From assembly GCA_013239625.1 (NCBI GenBank), contig MU053559.1:2524324-2588323 (forward strand): DNA of 64,000 nucleotides, read 5' to 3'. Below, one piece after another: positions 12,328-24,831 of the stretch. The translations under genes were made by a program, and so were the position numbers. The notes under the pieces were generated by a model that saw nothing but the letters and a program-made list of their open reading frames with translations, was not told where the DNA came from and searched no databases. Every line of letters starts with the position of its first letter. Position 1 is the stretch's first letter. This DNA comes from Lama guanicoe (taxonomy: Eukaryota).

Positions 12328-14462
12328 TAGGAACAAGGCAATGTCCAATCTTACCATTCTTATTCAACAGGGTGCTGGAAGTTTTAGCCAACACAAGTAA
12401 GGCAAGAAAAGGAATAAAAGGCATACAGATTGGAAAGGAAAAAATAAAACTGTCCCTATGATGACATGTTATCTATGCAGAAAATCCTAAAGAACTGATA
12501 AAATAAAAACTCTTAGAAATAATAAGAGAGTTTATCAAAGTCTCAGGATACAAAATCAACACACTGAAATCAATCTCAATTTTACATACTAGAAACAAAC
12601 GTGGAAAATGAAATCTAAAAAAAAAAAAGAAAATGAAATCTAAAATATAATGCCATTTATAAGTATTCCAAAGAAAATGAAATACTTAGGTATAAATCTA
12701 ACAAAATATGTACAAAACCTGTATCCTGAAAATTACAAAATGCTGATGAAAGAAATCAAAGAACTAAATAAAAAGAATGACTAACTCTCATGAGTTGGAA
12801 GACTCAACATAGTAAAAATATGGATTCTTACTAAACTGATCTATAGATTAATGCAGTACTTATCAAAGTTCCCAGGAGGATTTTTGTAGACATAGAGAAG
12901 CATATTCTAAGTTTATATGGAATGACACAGAACATGTAATAGCTAAAACAATGTTGAAGAGGAAGAATAAAGTGTGTAGAACCACTCTACCCCATGCTAA
13001 GGCTACAGTAGTCAAGATAGTGTGTTACTGGCAAAGGAATAGACACATGGGTCAATTTAACAGAATAGAGAAACCAGAAATAAACCTACACAAATATGCC
13101 CAACTGATCTTTGACAAAGTTTCAAGAGTAATTTGCAACAAAGTGTCTGAATCCATTTTTGATGTTTAACCACTGACAGCTTTCATGTTCCACCTAGCCC
13201 ATTTCCCCTTTTGCTCTACATCTGGACAAGCTGGTAAGAAAGCCACGGTCCTCCCTCCTTCGGCACTTACAGGAAAGGTCAAACTATGAAAACCCCTGCC
13301 CACACAGAGGAATGCTCACCCTAGCTCCACTCCCTAATCAAAATAAAACCATAAGTTTCTTGCTCCTCCCTTCATTCAAGCCATTCCAGAGTGGCTTGGG
13401 TATCTCCTCCCCAAAAAAAGTCCCATTGTATGAATAATATCCTCTTTTCATATCCTCTTACTGTGTGTGTGGTGTCGTCAATCTCCACATCTGAACCAGT
13501 TTGGGCTGGGGAGTTGATCCCTCTCTCCAAACAACTGTTCTGTGAGCAGGATTGTGCGGCGTAGCGCTACACATTTGTAAGAATGGTAAAAATGAAAAAT
13601 AGTGATAATACGAAATGTTGGCAATGATGCAGAGAAACTGAATTATTCATACACTACTGATGGGAATGTAAAATAATGCAGCCACTCTGGAAAAGGCTGT
13701 GGTAGTTTCTTTAAAAACAAAGCGTGTACTTAGCCGACCACATAGATATTACACTCTTGGGCATTTATCTCAGAGAAATGAAAACTTTTGTCCACACAAA
13801 GACTTGTACACAAATAGCCACAATATCTTTAACCATTCTAGCTCCAAGCTGGAAAGAATCAGCTTGATGGAAATGTCCATCAACTGGTTAATGGATAAAC
13901 AAAATGTGGTACATCCAAACCATGGGATGGTATAAAAAGGAAAAAAAAAAACTACTAGTATTTTCTTAAGCTAAATGGATCTCAAAGAAATTATGCTGAG
14001 AAAAAAAGGAAACCTCAAAAGGTTATATCCTGTATGATTCCATTTATATAACAGTTTGGAAATGACAAAATTATAGAGACAGAGAACAGGTTAGTGGTTG
14101 CCAGAGTTTGGGGGAGGCATGGGTTAAGAGGAAGATGAATGTAATTAGAAAAGGGTGAGTATAAGGGATCCTTGTGATGGACCTTTTCTGTATCTTGACT
14201 GTGGTCACAGTATTCTGTCATTGTGATAAAACTGCATAGAACAAAACACACATATACACACACACAGGAGTGCACATAAAACTGGTGAAATCTGAATAAG
14301 GTAGGCAGAGTGCATCAATGGCCATGTCCTGGTTGTGATATTGTGCTATAGTTAGGCAAGATGTTACCACTGGGGAAAACTAGGTAAAGGGTATAAAAGA
14401 TCTCTTTGTATTATTTCTTAAAACTGCATGTGAATATGCAGTTATCTCAAAACTTTTTAAAA
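12328..14462 (+). mobile_element. Old L1 (L1MC-like) RT region to 3' end, interrupted by an LTR
   Basis: [20 protein letters not shown], gatgac (DD), KYLGINLTK-type sequence; 3'UTR caagatgttaccactggggaaaact...aactgcatgtgaat. Confidence 0.85.
13134..13540 (+). mobile_element. ERVL-type solo LTR (MER54-like)
   Basis: ccatttttgatgtttaaccactgacagctttc...tctggacaagctggtaagaaagcc...gtgtgtgtggtgtcgtcaatctccacatctgaacc. Confidence 0.65.
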
Positions 14463-15272
14463 ATTTTTCCCAATGTCTAGGTTTTTTTAAAAAAAATGGC
14501 AGGTTCCAGTTTGAATAATAAATTATATGCTCGCCCTAGTTATCATCTCTAATACAAAAAAAAGTTGAAGAAACTGCTGCTGACCAGAAGAAAGTGGAGG
14601 AGAGGGGCACTGCTCATGGGAGAAAATTCTGTAGCTAATTACCAAGGTTAAGAGTGACTGGTGAGGTATCCTGCCGAGAGTTGTCCTCTGGAGTCCCCAT
14701 TAGCATTTTTTGTTTCCAGGAGAAAAGTAGTAGAGAAACTGATTGGACAAGGAGAGGAAAAGAAGAGGGGTCTTGCTACTTCATTGCTGTTTCAAACAAA
14801 CTTGAGTTTCCTTGACATTCAGAAGAAGTGATGGCACTTGGTCGTTTGGTATTTCTTACCCTGTAGATAGAAAAATATATTTATATGAGAAAACATGGTA
14901 TAAGCTGAAAAAGAGAAGAGTCAGGAAGGCTCAGAGATCTTGGCGAGAATTTAAACCAGAATCCTTCATTGTAATCTGACCGCATGATCCTACGGAGAGG
15001 ATGATCCTGGAAAAGAGATTTACACTGGAATATCTGATGACTTTAGCCAGATCTAAATGATTTTGAGTCATGCTTTCCCATTTCTCCTTCCTTGTCCATA
15101 GTCTTTGTTTCCTATGTCTTCTGTTCAATAAGACCGTTTCTTCTTCAAATGCTTCATAAACTTGGGACCAGCTATGTTGCAATTTTTTTAAAATTATTAT
15201 TATAATGAGAAGGTCTAGCCTTATTCCCTTCTCCTGCCCCAAAGACAGGTACCATTACTGGGACAATTTCTA

Positions 15273-15415
15273 TTTATTTATTTATTTTTTTAGCAGGGGG
15301 AGGGAGGTGATTAGGTCTATCTATTTATTTACTTTTAGAGGAGCTACTGGGGATTGAACCCAGGACCTCGTGCGTGCTAAGCATGCCCTCTACCCCTTGA
15401 GCTATATCCTCCCCC
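15273..15415 (-). mobile_element. tRNA-Ala-derived camelid SINE (Vic-1-like)
   Basis: Reverse-strand A/B boxes (tagctcaag..., gggttcaatcccc); 13-bp TSD gggacaatttcta at 15260-15272 and 15416-15428. Confidence 0.92.
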
Positions 15416-16188
15416 GGGACAATTTCTAAAGAGAAATATTCCATCAAAACCAACAACCTCCCAAAGACATGATAGCATATTTGTTAGTCTGAAATCTTCG
15501 GAAAATCACTTTTCTCCAAAAGTCTTAGACCTCAAATTTCTGTTGTTAACTGGAAAAGTCTTTCTCCACACTGCCTTCTGTATTCAGAATGATTCACATG
15601 ACGCTGGCATTTGCAATCAGGATATAAGCATGCCTGATCCACTAAGACAACGTGCCATGTTCGTAGACAGTTACAAGGAGAAAACCATAATTATTTTGAT
15701 GACAATAACTCAGGGCAATTGCAAAAAGTTCTAGAATATTACATTCCTCTCGGTGAAGCATGAATAATCCATCATTTGTAAATTTTAAGAAAATGTGCTC
15801 TTTGCAACCTGCAATTTTCCCTCACACCTGCTCCTCCTCCTCCAACTATTCCCCAAGTCTCTGATGGCATTAGCCACTGTCAACTTCTGCCTGCCTGAGC
15901 ACTGCTCAGTGTGAGCCCAGGAGACCTTCACCCAGTCCTACTGCATTCCCAGTTGGTGAGCAATGAGGACCTCTGCCATCAGCAAGTGAGTTGGAGGTTA
16001 CTGATACAACCATCAATCTAACATCTTGGGGATCTCCAGCTGTCAAATTGAACTTTCCCAGGACTTTTTTCTTTCGCCCAACCCCTTTGGACTGGGCACA
16101 TCAGATCTCCATCTGCCAGCATGGGGACCAGTCTCTGTGTTTGGTGACTTTTTCATCTTCCCAGAAATCTCCCCACCCACAAACACTT

Positions 16189-16212
16189 CACACACACACA
16201 CACACACACACA
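16189..16212. repeat. (CA)n microsatellite
   Basis: cacacacacacacacacacacaca. Confidence 0.95.
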
Positions 16213-17119
16213 TCCTAGGTATAGAAAGGCTCTTATGTTGTTCTCTTTAACTCCCCCTCTCTTGAACCAGGATTTCACACCAAAATTGCTTGTAATACCT
16301 GTTAATTAAATTCACTGAAGAAAAGCCATTCCAAACAACACCTAGTGGAACAGAGAAAGGAGTAAATTGCTCTTGCAAATCTGATTCTGCTTATAAACTT
16401 GGAAGCCCTAATGGGCTGAGAGAAGAAGAAAACTCATTCATTGGAAAACACTAAATTTACAGCAAGGATACAAGCAAAACCTAAGTACCACCACTGAAAG
16501 AAAACCACAAGAGAATAATTCATGGGGCCATACTGATTAAATAAAATGTACCCTGGAGTTCAGACTTCTAGAATAAGTTATTTTCCAAACTGGATAAATG
16601 AGATTCTTCCCTCCCACGTTTATTTTTCATGTGGAAGAAAAGCACCTTGAGTCAGAAAGTTTGGACAAAGAAAGTAACCTCCTTACTCCACTCCTGCCCC
16701 CAAAATAGATAATAACCTGAAGCTGACTAAAGCCGGAAGCTGTGGAAAGGAACGGATGTCATGATGGGTATTCCATTCCGCTCACTGCTCACGCCCCAGA
16801 TGGAAGTTTATGCAGGTAAAACATCCAGATTTCCAAATGGCCAGGAAAGAATAGACTCCAAAAGGTGAAGGGTCCCTGTATTCACTGAGAGGAGGAAATT
16901 CATAGGGCAGACAGAACTGACCAATATCTCCTCAATCTAGAAAATTCCTAACATAGTCTTTAGCTTTGTTACTGAAGTGTGACATTCTGCGTCAGTTTAC
17001 AAGCTTATAACTTATCACACTAATTGCCTAGCAGAGCAGACAAGACCTCCTTTGGAGTCTGAAATTATGTGGTACAATCTCCAACCAAAAGGCTTGTGGA
17101 GAGCCCAAGAATGGCCATT

Positions 17120-17242
17120 AAGGGATTTCTTAACACTGGTAAGTGAAACTTCAATTTCATGTGCATTTTTCTGAGAAAAGGGTCCAAAAGTTTCAGCAGG
17201 TTCTCAAAGGAGACCCTTACCCTCAAAGAGATCAAGACAATT
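17120..17242 (+). mobile_element. MER103-like hAT MITE
   Basis: atgtgcatttttctgagaaaagggtccaaaagtttcagcaggttctcaaagga. Confidence 0.65.
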
Positions 17243-17569
17243 AGACCAGCCCTAAAGAGACTCTATGACTCCTCTGTTATCATAGTTTCAAGAAGACATA
17301 AACCATAAACTTGAATTTAAACCTAAGCAAGATCTAAATTCACCTTCAGCTCCGGAGGGAATTTACCCTCTGTCTATACCTCTGGATCCATGATGGTGAC
17401 TTCTCTTGACTCCATTATTCTTTATTCTAAGGATACAAAATGAAATGGACATTGGCAGGACCTGGCTTATACCAAATGGGCTCCCAGCACTGCCCTCCCA
17501 TACTGTGATCTTCCATTTCTCAGAACTCTCTGACTCCAGTGTCACTGGGAGAAATGGAATGATTAAATA

Positions 17570-17892
17570 AAGGGAAAATGGAGGGGGTTCCTGTGAGGAT
17601 TTGGAGGAAGGAATAAAGCTGAAAGAGAAAAGACTGGGTGGGAAGGAAGGCAAAGGGAAAAGGGAGGAAATGAACAAGAAAAAAAAGGAGACAAAATAAG
17701 GAGAAGAAAAGAGATATGGGCTGGGGGCTAGAAAGTGACATGAGATATAAAAAGAAGACAAAAGGAAGGGAGACCAAGGTTATGAGGAAGAGAATGAGAG
17801 TTCTCTGCAAGAAAGGGGAAAAGGTAAAGAGGGTTATTGGGAGGAAATGAGGGGAAAAAATGAAAGGAGATGAGAAATAGAATGAACAGAGA
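17570..17892. repeat. Purine (GA)-rich low-complexity tract
   Basis: ~320 bp dominated by G/A on the + strand. Confidence 0.8.
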
Positions 17893-18440
17893 GATAACAA
17901 TATTTTTAAATTGTACAAAGCACTCCTAAGCATAATTAACAAGCATGGATATCATCCAGCTGAAAATGGTCCTAATGGCAGTTCCATGGATCCTTTCTAG
18001 CCATTGGCTAGAGCCCAGGAGGCCTGCGAGGAATCAGGCAAAGATGCTGCACAGCCTGAGCTGCTGTCCAGGAACCCCCACTCTTCTCCGCTCACTTGGG
18101 CTATGTGAGCCCTGGTCATACCAGCCTGTGCCTGGCACCACCCCCACCAAAGCAGGACGGACAGCTGTATCCGGTTCCTATAGGCTGGGGGAGCACAGGT
18201 ACAGTCAGGGCAGAGAACAGCCTTGCAAACATGGGCAACAGACAGTGCCTGCCCATGTGTTAGCCCCAGTAAGCACGTGGCTGGGCGGGCCAGTGTGGGT
18301 TGATGTAGGAAGGGGCATTTCCCCGCTGCTCTAGGGTTCATCTGTTTTCATATGCATCATGTTTACAAGGTGACTAGCATCCCTATAAAACCGTGTTCAG
18401 CGCCTAGCCCATAGATGGATGCTCCAGCGGTAAACAGTAG

Positions 18441-19005
18441 TGAGACAGGAGAGCAGGGAGCAGGGCACAACCATGAAAAGAACGACACAGCAACTGAGGA
18501 TAGGACAAAAACTGGCTAAAACCAAGGTGGAGGAAGATTCAACTCCCAGTAGACCTTGAAGCCCAAGATGGCGGGAGAGTTGGCTTCCAGTAGAACTTGA
18601 GCTTCATCGTATGCTCATTGTACTATATTACGATGGTGCCATGACAGTCCTGAAGATGGCCATGCAAGGTCAAAAAGTGGGCACTGGCCCAGTTCCTGGG
18701 AATCCCTGCCCCTTCCCCAAAGTAGTTGGAATAATCCTCCCATTTGTTAGCATATAAAGTTACCAAGCTCATAAAAACTAACAACCCTGCACCTCATGGG
18801 CACTCTCTATTGCCTTTGGAGATGGCCTGCACTCTGTCTATGGAATATGTATCTCCCTGAACAAATTCGCTTTCACTCTACTATGGCTCGCTCTCGAATT
18901 CCTTCCTGTATGAAGCCAAGGACTCTCACCTGATGGGGCGTGTGCCAGGGACTCGCCTGGGACCTGGGACACGGCCATCCTCTCATGCCCCATTTTCCTG
19001 CGACA
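18441..19005 (+). mobile_element. ERV1 solo LTR, MER41-like
   Basis: TG...CA termini; caagatggcgg, tgccatgacag, gaataatcctccc, ctttcactctactatggctcgctctcgaattccttcctg are MER41-type blocks; paralog at 37382-37900. Confidence 0.8.
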
Positions 19006-19009
19006 CCAG

Positions 19010-19170
19010 TAAGTACTTTATTGGTTGGCACAAGCACCAGGCACTTTAATACATGGTCTATAATCCCAAAGAGCTTGGAGCAGCTATTTTTAGGTTAAGA
19101 AGTCATCCGAAGGGCACATAGCTAGGAAGGGGTGGGGATGGGATTCAGTCCTGAACATGGCGGATGGTGA
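19010..19170 (-). mobile_element. MIR SINE remnant
   Basis: caccaggcactt...ggttaagaagtcatccgaagggcacatagctaggaag...gatgggattca. Confidence 0.55.
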
Positions 19171-19379
19171 GGCCCTAGCTCCCCACTTCCCCCTACGCGG
19201 TGCTGCCTTCTTTTTTTGAGGAGTCAGCCCCACTGAGAGGAGCACCCCATTCATTTGGGTATTGCAGTACAGGCCCCCTTTGTGTTTCAGAATGAGCTCT
19301 TATTAGGGCTCAAAGAAGACTGTAAAGTTTCCAAGTCGTGTTGCCACCATTTAAGACGAGCTTAGGAAGAGAATGTAGT

Positions 19380-19525
19380 GATGGAGGGTATAGCGTAAGT
19401 GGTGGAGTGCAAACATGCAGTAGGTCCTGGGTTCAATCCCCAATGCCTCCATTAAGAAAAAGTAAATAAATAGACCTAATGAACTCCCTCCAACAAAATA
19501 AAAAATAAATATTAGAAAAAAAAGA
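19380..19525 (+). mobile_element. tRNA-derived camelid SINE
   Basis: gagggtatagcgtaagtggtggag...ggtcctgggttcaatcccc, acctaat block, A-rich tail. Confidence 0.9.
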
Positions 19526-20519
19526 GAGGAATGTATGCTTTTGTTCATGGAAAATACAAATTATCATTTATTTATACCAATAAAATGATTTATCCTGTGG
19601 ATTTAGCCCTTTTAACCCAGAAGCTGAGGGAACCCAGATCTGAAAATCACCACACAAGCCTGCCCCTAAGGCCTGCCTGGCCCCACAAAAGCTCTTGGGA
19701 CTGGGGGACACAGCTTCTCCCCACTTTCTGCACTAGAGTCACAGCCAGCCCTGATCTGCTGCTCCGAGCTTGCTTGTAGCAGGCAACTTTACACAGTCAC
19801 TGAATTTTTACTTCAAAACTTTGTGGTTCAAGGGCTCCATCTTGAGGCCTTTTCTATTTCTCTCAGTGCCTCTGGGTTTGGGAAAAGTTGCAGAGGATGA
19901 TTCGGAATTTTGCTGCACAGCATAGTGACTTCTATTTGCTAAATGTTTTCTTCGGTCTTCAAAGCAAACGACATGGTTTCGAGCAGACACAATGAACTTC
20001 CTTTTTTGTTTTTTTAAACATGATGGCTCCTCTTACAAATATATTTATCTTTTAACAATAATCACGTGGTGTAAGTCATTTTTTTATTTGTTTGCTTAAG
20101 TTGACAATAAGCTATTTTCTCCAGTTATTGGGAACAGTTCACAGAAGTTACACTATTAGAATTGCTGGGCTCCACAAGAAAGTACAGATGAAATCAACAA
20201 ACGGGCCTGAGAGTTGAGCCCCCATTTACAATTCTGAGCTCCTTCATAGGGTCCTACTTCCAAGGGATCAACCAGAAACACAGACCATGATTCAGCTTTC
20301 CAGATATAGGTGGGCAGGCTTCATGGCAACAAGCTCCTAGACCAATTAAGTGCCTTACTGCACTCCCAGACCCCCAAACCCACTAACGAATCCCTTGTCT
20401 CACCAGGCAAGTGCCCTCCCTGTCTCCAAGTCAAGGCTGAGCAGGTGCAAATCCAATACCAGAAACTTTCCCACCGGAGAAATATTCTGAGTCTTTCCCG
20501 TTGTGCCTGGGTTTCAGCA

Positions 20520-22450
20520 GACACTGGTTTTAGTCCTCCTGAACATCCCAAGCATCTTTACACTTCCACACCTTCCTCCATGTTGTTTCTTCTGTATGGC
20601 TTATCGCTGCTCCGCCCGCCTCCCACTACCATCTACATTACAGTTGTCTTGGTGAACTGCTACCCAATCTTTTAAGGCATATCATTCAAGAAACCTCCTA
20701 CTCGGCCTCTGCTGGGATAACGACATGCCTCTTCTTGTGTCTTATCATAGGATTACGCTAAACCCTCCATTTGGTACTTTTATCACTTTACATCACAGGA
20801 TAATTTAAAGGTAGTTTTCCCTCACTAAAGTTTGGGCACCTTTGGGTACCGTCTTATTCATTTCAGCATCCCCAGAGACCATCTCAGTGTTCAGCGAACA
20901 ATGGAGCCATAATATATACCAGAAGGCAGTGATGTCTTATCAAAAGGGGAAATAATATTAACACAATAACCAAATGGTGTACATGATTAAAATATCCGGT
21001 ATGGGACTGGAAGGAAAAACAGAAAGATGGCCCCCAAAATGTCAAAATTAAAAATAAGTTACTGGGTTCCCTTAAGAATCATTTCTTCCTCCTGCTCTTT
21101 TCCCAAACCCCAAATAACTATCCCACAGAAAGATGACCACTTAATTAAGACTGGTTCTGTACTTTCATGGCTACCTTTTTTTTTCAAGCAGGGTGGGAGA
21201 CAAGATAAAGAGAAGAATGAGGGGATTCCCTCCCACCCCTAGTGCTTACTCAACACCTGCTCCTGGATGTCTCCTAGCCCCTTAAATGAAAGATGTCCAA
21301 TAGGAAACTCATGTCTTAACTAGATGTGGGCCAACTATGGCTCTTAGGCAGAATGCGGACCACTGTCTGTTTTTGTAAATAAAGCTTTATTTGAAAACAG
21401 CCATGAGCATTTGTTTATATATTGTCTATGACTGCTTTCATGCTACAACAGCAGAGCTAAGCAGTTACGGACTTGGTTTGGCCTGCAAAGCCAAAGCATA
21501 TTGGCTATCTGGCCCTTTACAGAAAAAATTTGCCAAGTCCTGGGTTCTTAACCGTCCAGATGGCCCTGCTGGCCGTGTTCGTCATTTTAACAGCTGGCAC
21601 TGCTATCCAACCAGGAGCCTTTCTTTCCTCTTACTCTCACTCGTGTAGCCAATCAGTTGCCAATCAAAGCACCGTTTCAACCTTCCAGATATTTCTAGAA
21701 CATTCCCCACTTTGCATTCACGACATTGGTCCAGAGCAGCAGTCTGTTTCCCCTGAGCTACAACACAGGTGGGGACCTGCTATCCCCATCACCAGTCTGG
21801 AATGACCTTCCTAAGCCATAAATTTGTTTGTTATCTAATTAAATAACAATCTTAACAAAATCCCTTCGGTAACCTCCAATTGCCTCCAATAAGGTCTAAA
21901 ATCCTCAACACGGCCTTCAAAGCCCTTTGTGACCGGGTTCAGTCTTCCTCCCCAGCTCCGTTTCCAGCAATATCCTCTCTCCTCCCCACAGCCATTGTTT
22001 TGTTACAGCCTTTCTTCTCTTCCTGCTTCAAGCTACTGTGTGCACGCTGTTCCTTGGTTTGATTCATTTCCTCTGTGTCCCACACCCTTCACTTTCTGTG
22101 TCCAACACTTACTCATCCTTAAATGTTACTTCCTCCAGAAAGCCCCCCTGAACTGCCCCAGGAGGTTAGGCTTCCCTGCTATACCTTCCCACCCTACATT
22201 ATTTATGATAAATACATAATAACAAATGTTTTATATGTTATTATAGTTACATAACAGTCTAAATATAAATAATATATACTTAATGTGTCATATAAAATAT
22301 GTATATTTATATAAAATGCAATTTATTACAGATTTGAGTTGCCTGACTCTCCTGTTAGGTACACACTTTGTAAGTGTGCGAGTGGGGTTGCTCATTTTCT
22401 TTCCTGTCCCATCCATAGTGAACAACACATGACAAGTACTTGATTCAACA
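20520..22450 (+). mobile_element. L2 fragments (two stretches, one containing a MER58A)
   Basis: tcctggatgtctcc...atgtccaa; aaaatcccttcggtaacctcc...aatcctcaacacggccttcaaagccct; ttccagaaagcccccctg; 3' end gtaagtgtgcgagtgggg...acaacacatgacaagtac. Confidence 0.6.
21321..21544 (+). mobile_element. MER58A hAT MITE, full length
   Basis: ctgtttttgtaaataaagctttatttgaaaacagcc...tatctggccctttacagaaaaaatttgcc; 8-bp TSD gtcttaac (21313-21320) / ttcttaac (21545-21552). Confidence 0.9.
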
Positions 22451-22524
22451 GAAAAAGGAGCTTTCTTACCCAGGATCTCCCTCAACTGCCTGACACCTAC
22501 TCCCTCCCCTTTGGTAACAACATC

Positions 22525-22731
22525 TATGGCTGGGTCATGATCATAACTGTGTATTTCTTTTTTTCAATCCACAGCCCACTTTTCTCTTGCTCTGCTCTCT
22601 ATCATGGTGGTTTGAACCATGCAAATTACACTTTCCAGGCTTCTGGTTAGATTCAACCTGTGGGAGGTCCTGACAAAAGACTGGAGAAAGATGAAAGGAA
22701 ACACAATATGTTTCTCCCATGCTCGTTCATA

Positions 22732-22770
<39 letters not shown>

Positions 22771-23028
22771 TTGAGTGACAGATCCAGCAATGTCTGTGTC
22801 TCTTCATGGCCCTAGCTGTTGCTGGGCACCCCTGCCATGACTCCAGCCCCCCAAGGTGACCTGGCTCCTGAGTTCTGCTAACACCATCTTTTCCATTGTC
22901 CCTTCAGTTCTGGGGATGCTATTTGGGCTCTTGTAACCCCTTTGTAACTTAATCCCCACTGTCCAATTCCTTTCATTAAACTCTCTGCTATAATTAATTT
23001 TTTTTCTAACTAGTCTCCAACTGCCATA
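22525..23028 (+). mobile_element. ERVL LTR33-like solo LTR containing (TC)n at 22736-22768
   Basis: ctgctctctatc...ccaggcttctggttagattcaacctgtgggagg...taacaccatcttttccattgtcccttcag. Confidence 0.65.
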
Positions 23029-23319
23029 GTCACTGAAGCTCTTTTTTTACATTTAGAAATCTACCAGACATTTATATATATTGAAGAACATCTATATGAA
23101 ACACACAAATTTGGGCTAAATCTCACAACAAAGACTGAAATCTGTGGAAAGGGGTCTGCTGAAGAGGGAGTGGAAAAATCCAAGATTTATGGAGAGGAAG
23201 AAAGGCCTTGAACAGGCAATCAAGAGAACGCTGCCTTGGGATGTAAAGTATGAACACCAGATTTATTGCAATTGACAGGCTTTCATCTAGAAAGTGGAAA
23301 TATGGAAAAGGGAAAGGAG

Positions 23320-23600
23320 GAGGGAGAGAGAGTGGTACTGGGAACAGTTTTTATGGAAATATCAAATTCTTAAACAGATGACTTCAAACTGAGGGGTAAT
23401 TTTCAGCATGGCACTAGGAAGCAAGACCCAGGCAGAAGTGAAAATGCCATCAACTAAACAGCAAATCTCATTAGACTGTAGGAAACTCTGTTCCCACAGA
23501 GAATAATACAGGAGTAATAACCTGCCCCCAAAACAATGTGGAAACCATTCATAAAAGTCTGGAGATAAAATAGAGCTTGGTAATCAGCTGAATCTTTGAA
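23320..23600 (+). mobile_element. Possible CR1/L3 reverse-transcriptase relic
   Basis: Degenerate VLEQ..., ttcagcatgg (FQHG), ttagactgtaggaaactctgttcccac (LD.RK..VP) in CR1 RT order. Confidence 0.35.
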
Positions 23601-23889
23601 AGCCAAAGAATTGCAGGCAGATAATAAATTAAATAACCAGGAAAAAAAATTCATGTACTTGGATTTAGGAAATCAGCTCATTTGCATTTTGACACTGAAA
23701 ATAAATACTGTTTTTTGAAAAATTTCATTCATTTGGGCCCTAGTAATGTGTGATTTTTAATAATTCCACATAAAGTTGCCTGAAGTTTTATATTTTCACT
23801 ATTATGAAGAAATTCTCTGGAAAAAAATTAAGTGTTTTTTAAGATCATAGGCCATTCATTAAACCAATAAACCAGTCAATAAATATTTT

Positions 23890-24831
23890 TAAATTGCACT
23901 CAACATCAGAACACCTAAATATATGAAGCGAATACTAACAGATCTGAAGGGAGAAATGGGCAACAATACAATAATAAGAGGTGACTTCAACATCTTACTT
24001 TCAGCAATGAGTAGATCAATCAGACAGAAAATCAACAAGAAAACAGTGGGCTTGAACCATACATTAGATAAAATGGACTTAACAGACATTTATAAAACAT
24101 TCCATCCAACAGCAGCAGAATACACATTCTTCTCAAGTGCACATGGAACATTCTTCAGGATAGATCAGAAGACATAAACACAAGTCTTAGCAAATTTAAG
24201 AAGACTGAAATCATACCAAGTATCTTTTCTGACCACAAGGCTGTGAAATCAGAAATCAACCAGAAGAAAGCTGGAAAATTTCCAAGGGGGTGGAAATTAA
24301 ACAATACAATCCTAAACATCCAATGGGTAAAAGAAAAAATCAAAAGGGAAAATTTGAAAATATCAAAACAAATGAAAATCGAAATACAACACACCAAAAT
24401 CTATGGGATGCTGTAAAAGTAGTTCTGAGAGGGAAATTTATAGTGATGAACACATACATTAAGAAAGTAGAAATATCTTAAATAAACAACTTGACTTTAC
24501 ACCTCAAGGAACTAGAAAAAGAACAAACTAAGCCTAAAGTTAGCAGAAGGAAGGAAATAACAAATATCGGATCAGAAATAAGTGACATAGAGACCAGAAA
24601 AACAATAGAAAGGATCAGGAAAAAAAAAAAAAAAACCTCAGGGCTGCCCAATCAAAATATCAAGGTCATTTTTCACAGAACTAGAACAAATCATTTTAAA
24701 ATGTGTATGGAAACACAAAAGACCCCAAATAGCCAAAACAATCTTGAGAACAAAGAATAGAGCTAGAGGAATCACACTCTCTGACTTCAGACAGTACTAC
24801 AAAGCTACAGTAATCAAAACAGTATGGTACA
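23890..24831 (+). mobile_element. Mid-age L1 ORF2 fragments (endonuclease plus a later ORF2 piece)
   Basis: ORFs 23923-24177 (IRGDFNILLS, YTFFSSAHGTFFRID), 24290-24481 ([15 protein letters not shown]), 24744+ ([21 protein letters not shown]). Confidence 0.92.

Noticed and set aside
14931..15242. 103-aa minus-strand ORF in non-repeat DNA
   Set aside because: Non-ATG start, no recognisable domain, no convincing splice context.
17363..17942. Phe/Ser/Leu-rich ORFs as membrane proteins
   Set aside because: Artefact of translating the complement of a GA-rich low-complexity tract.
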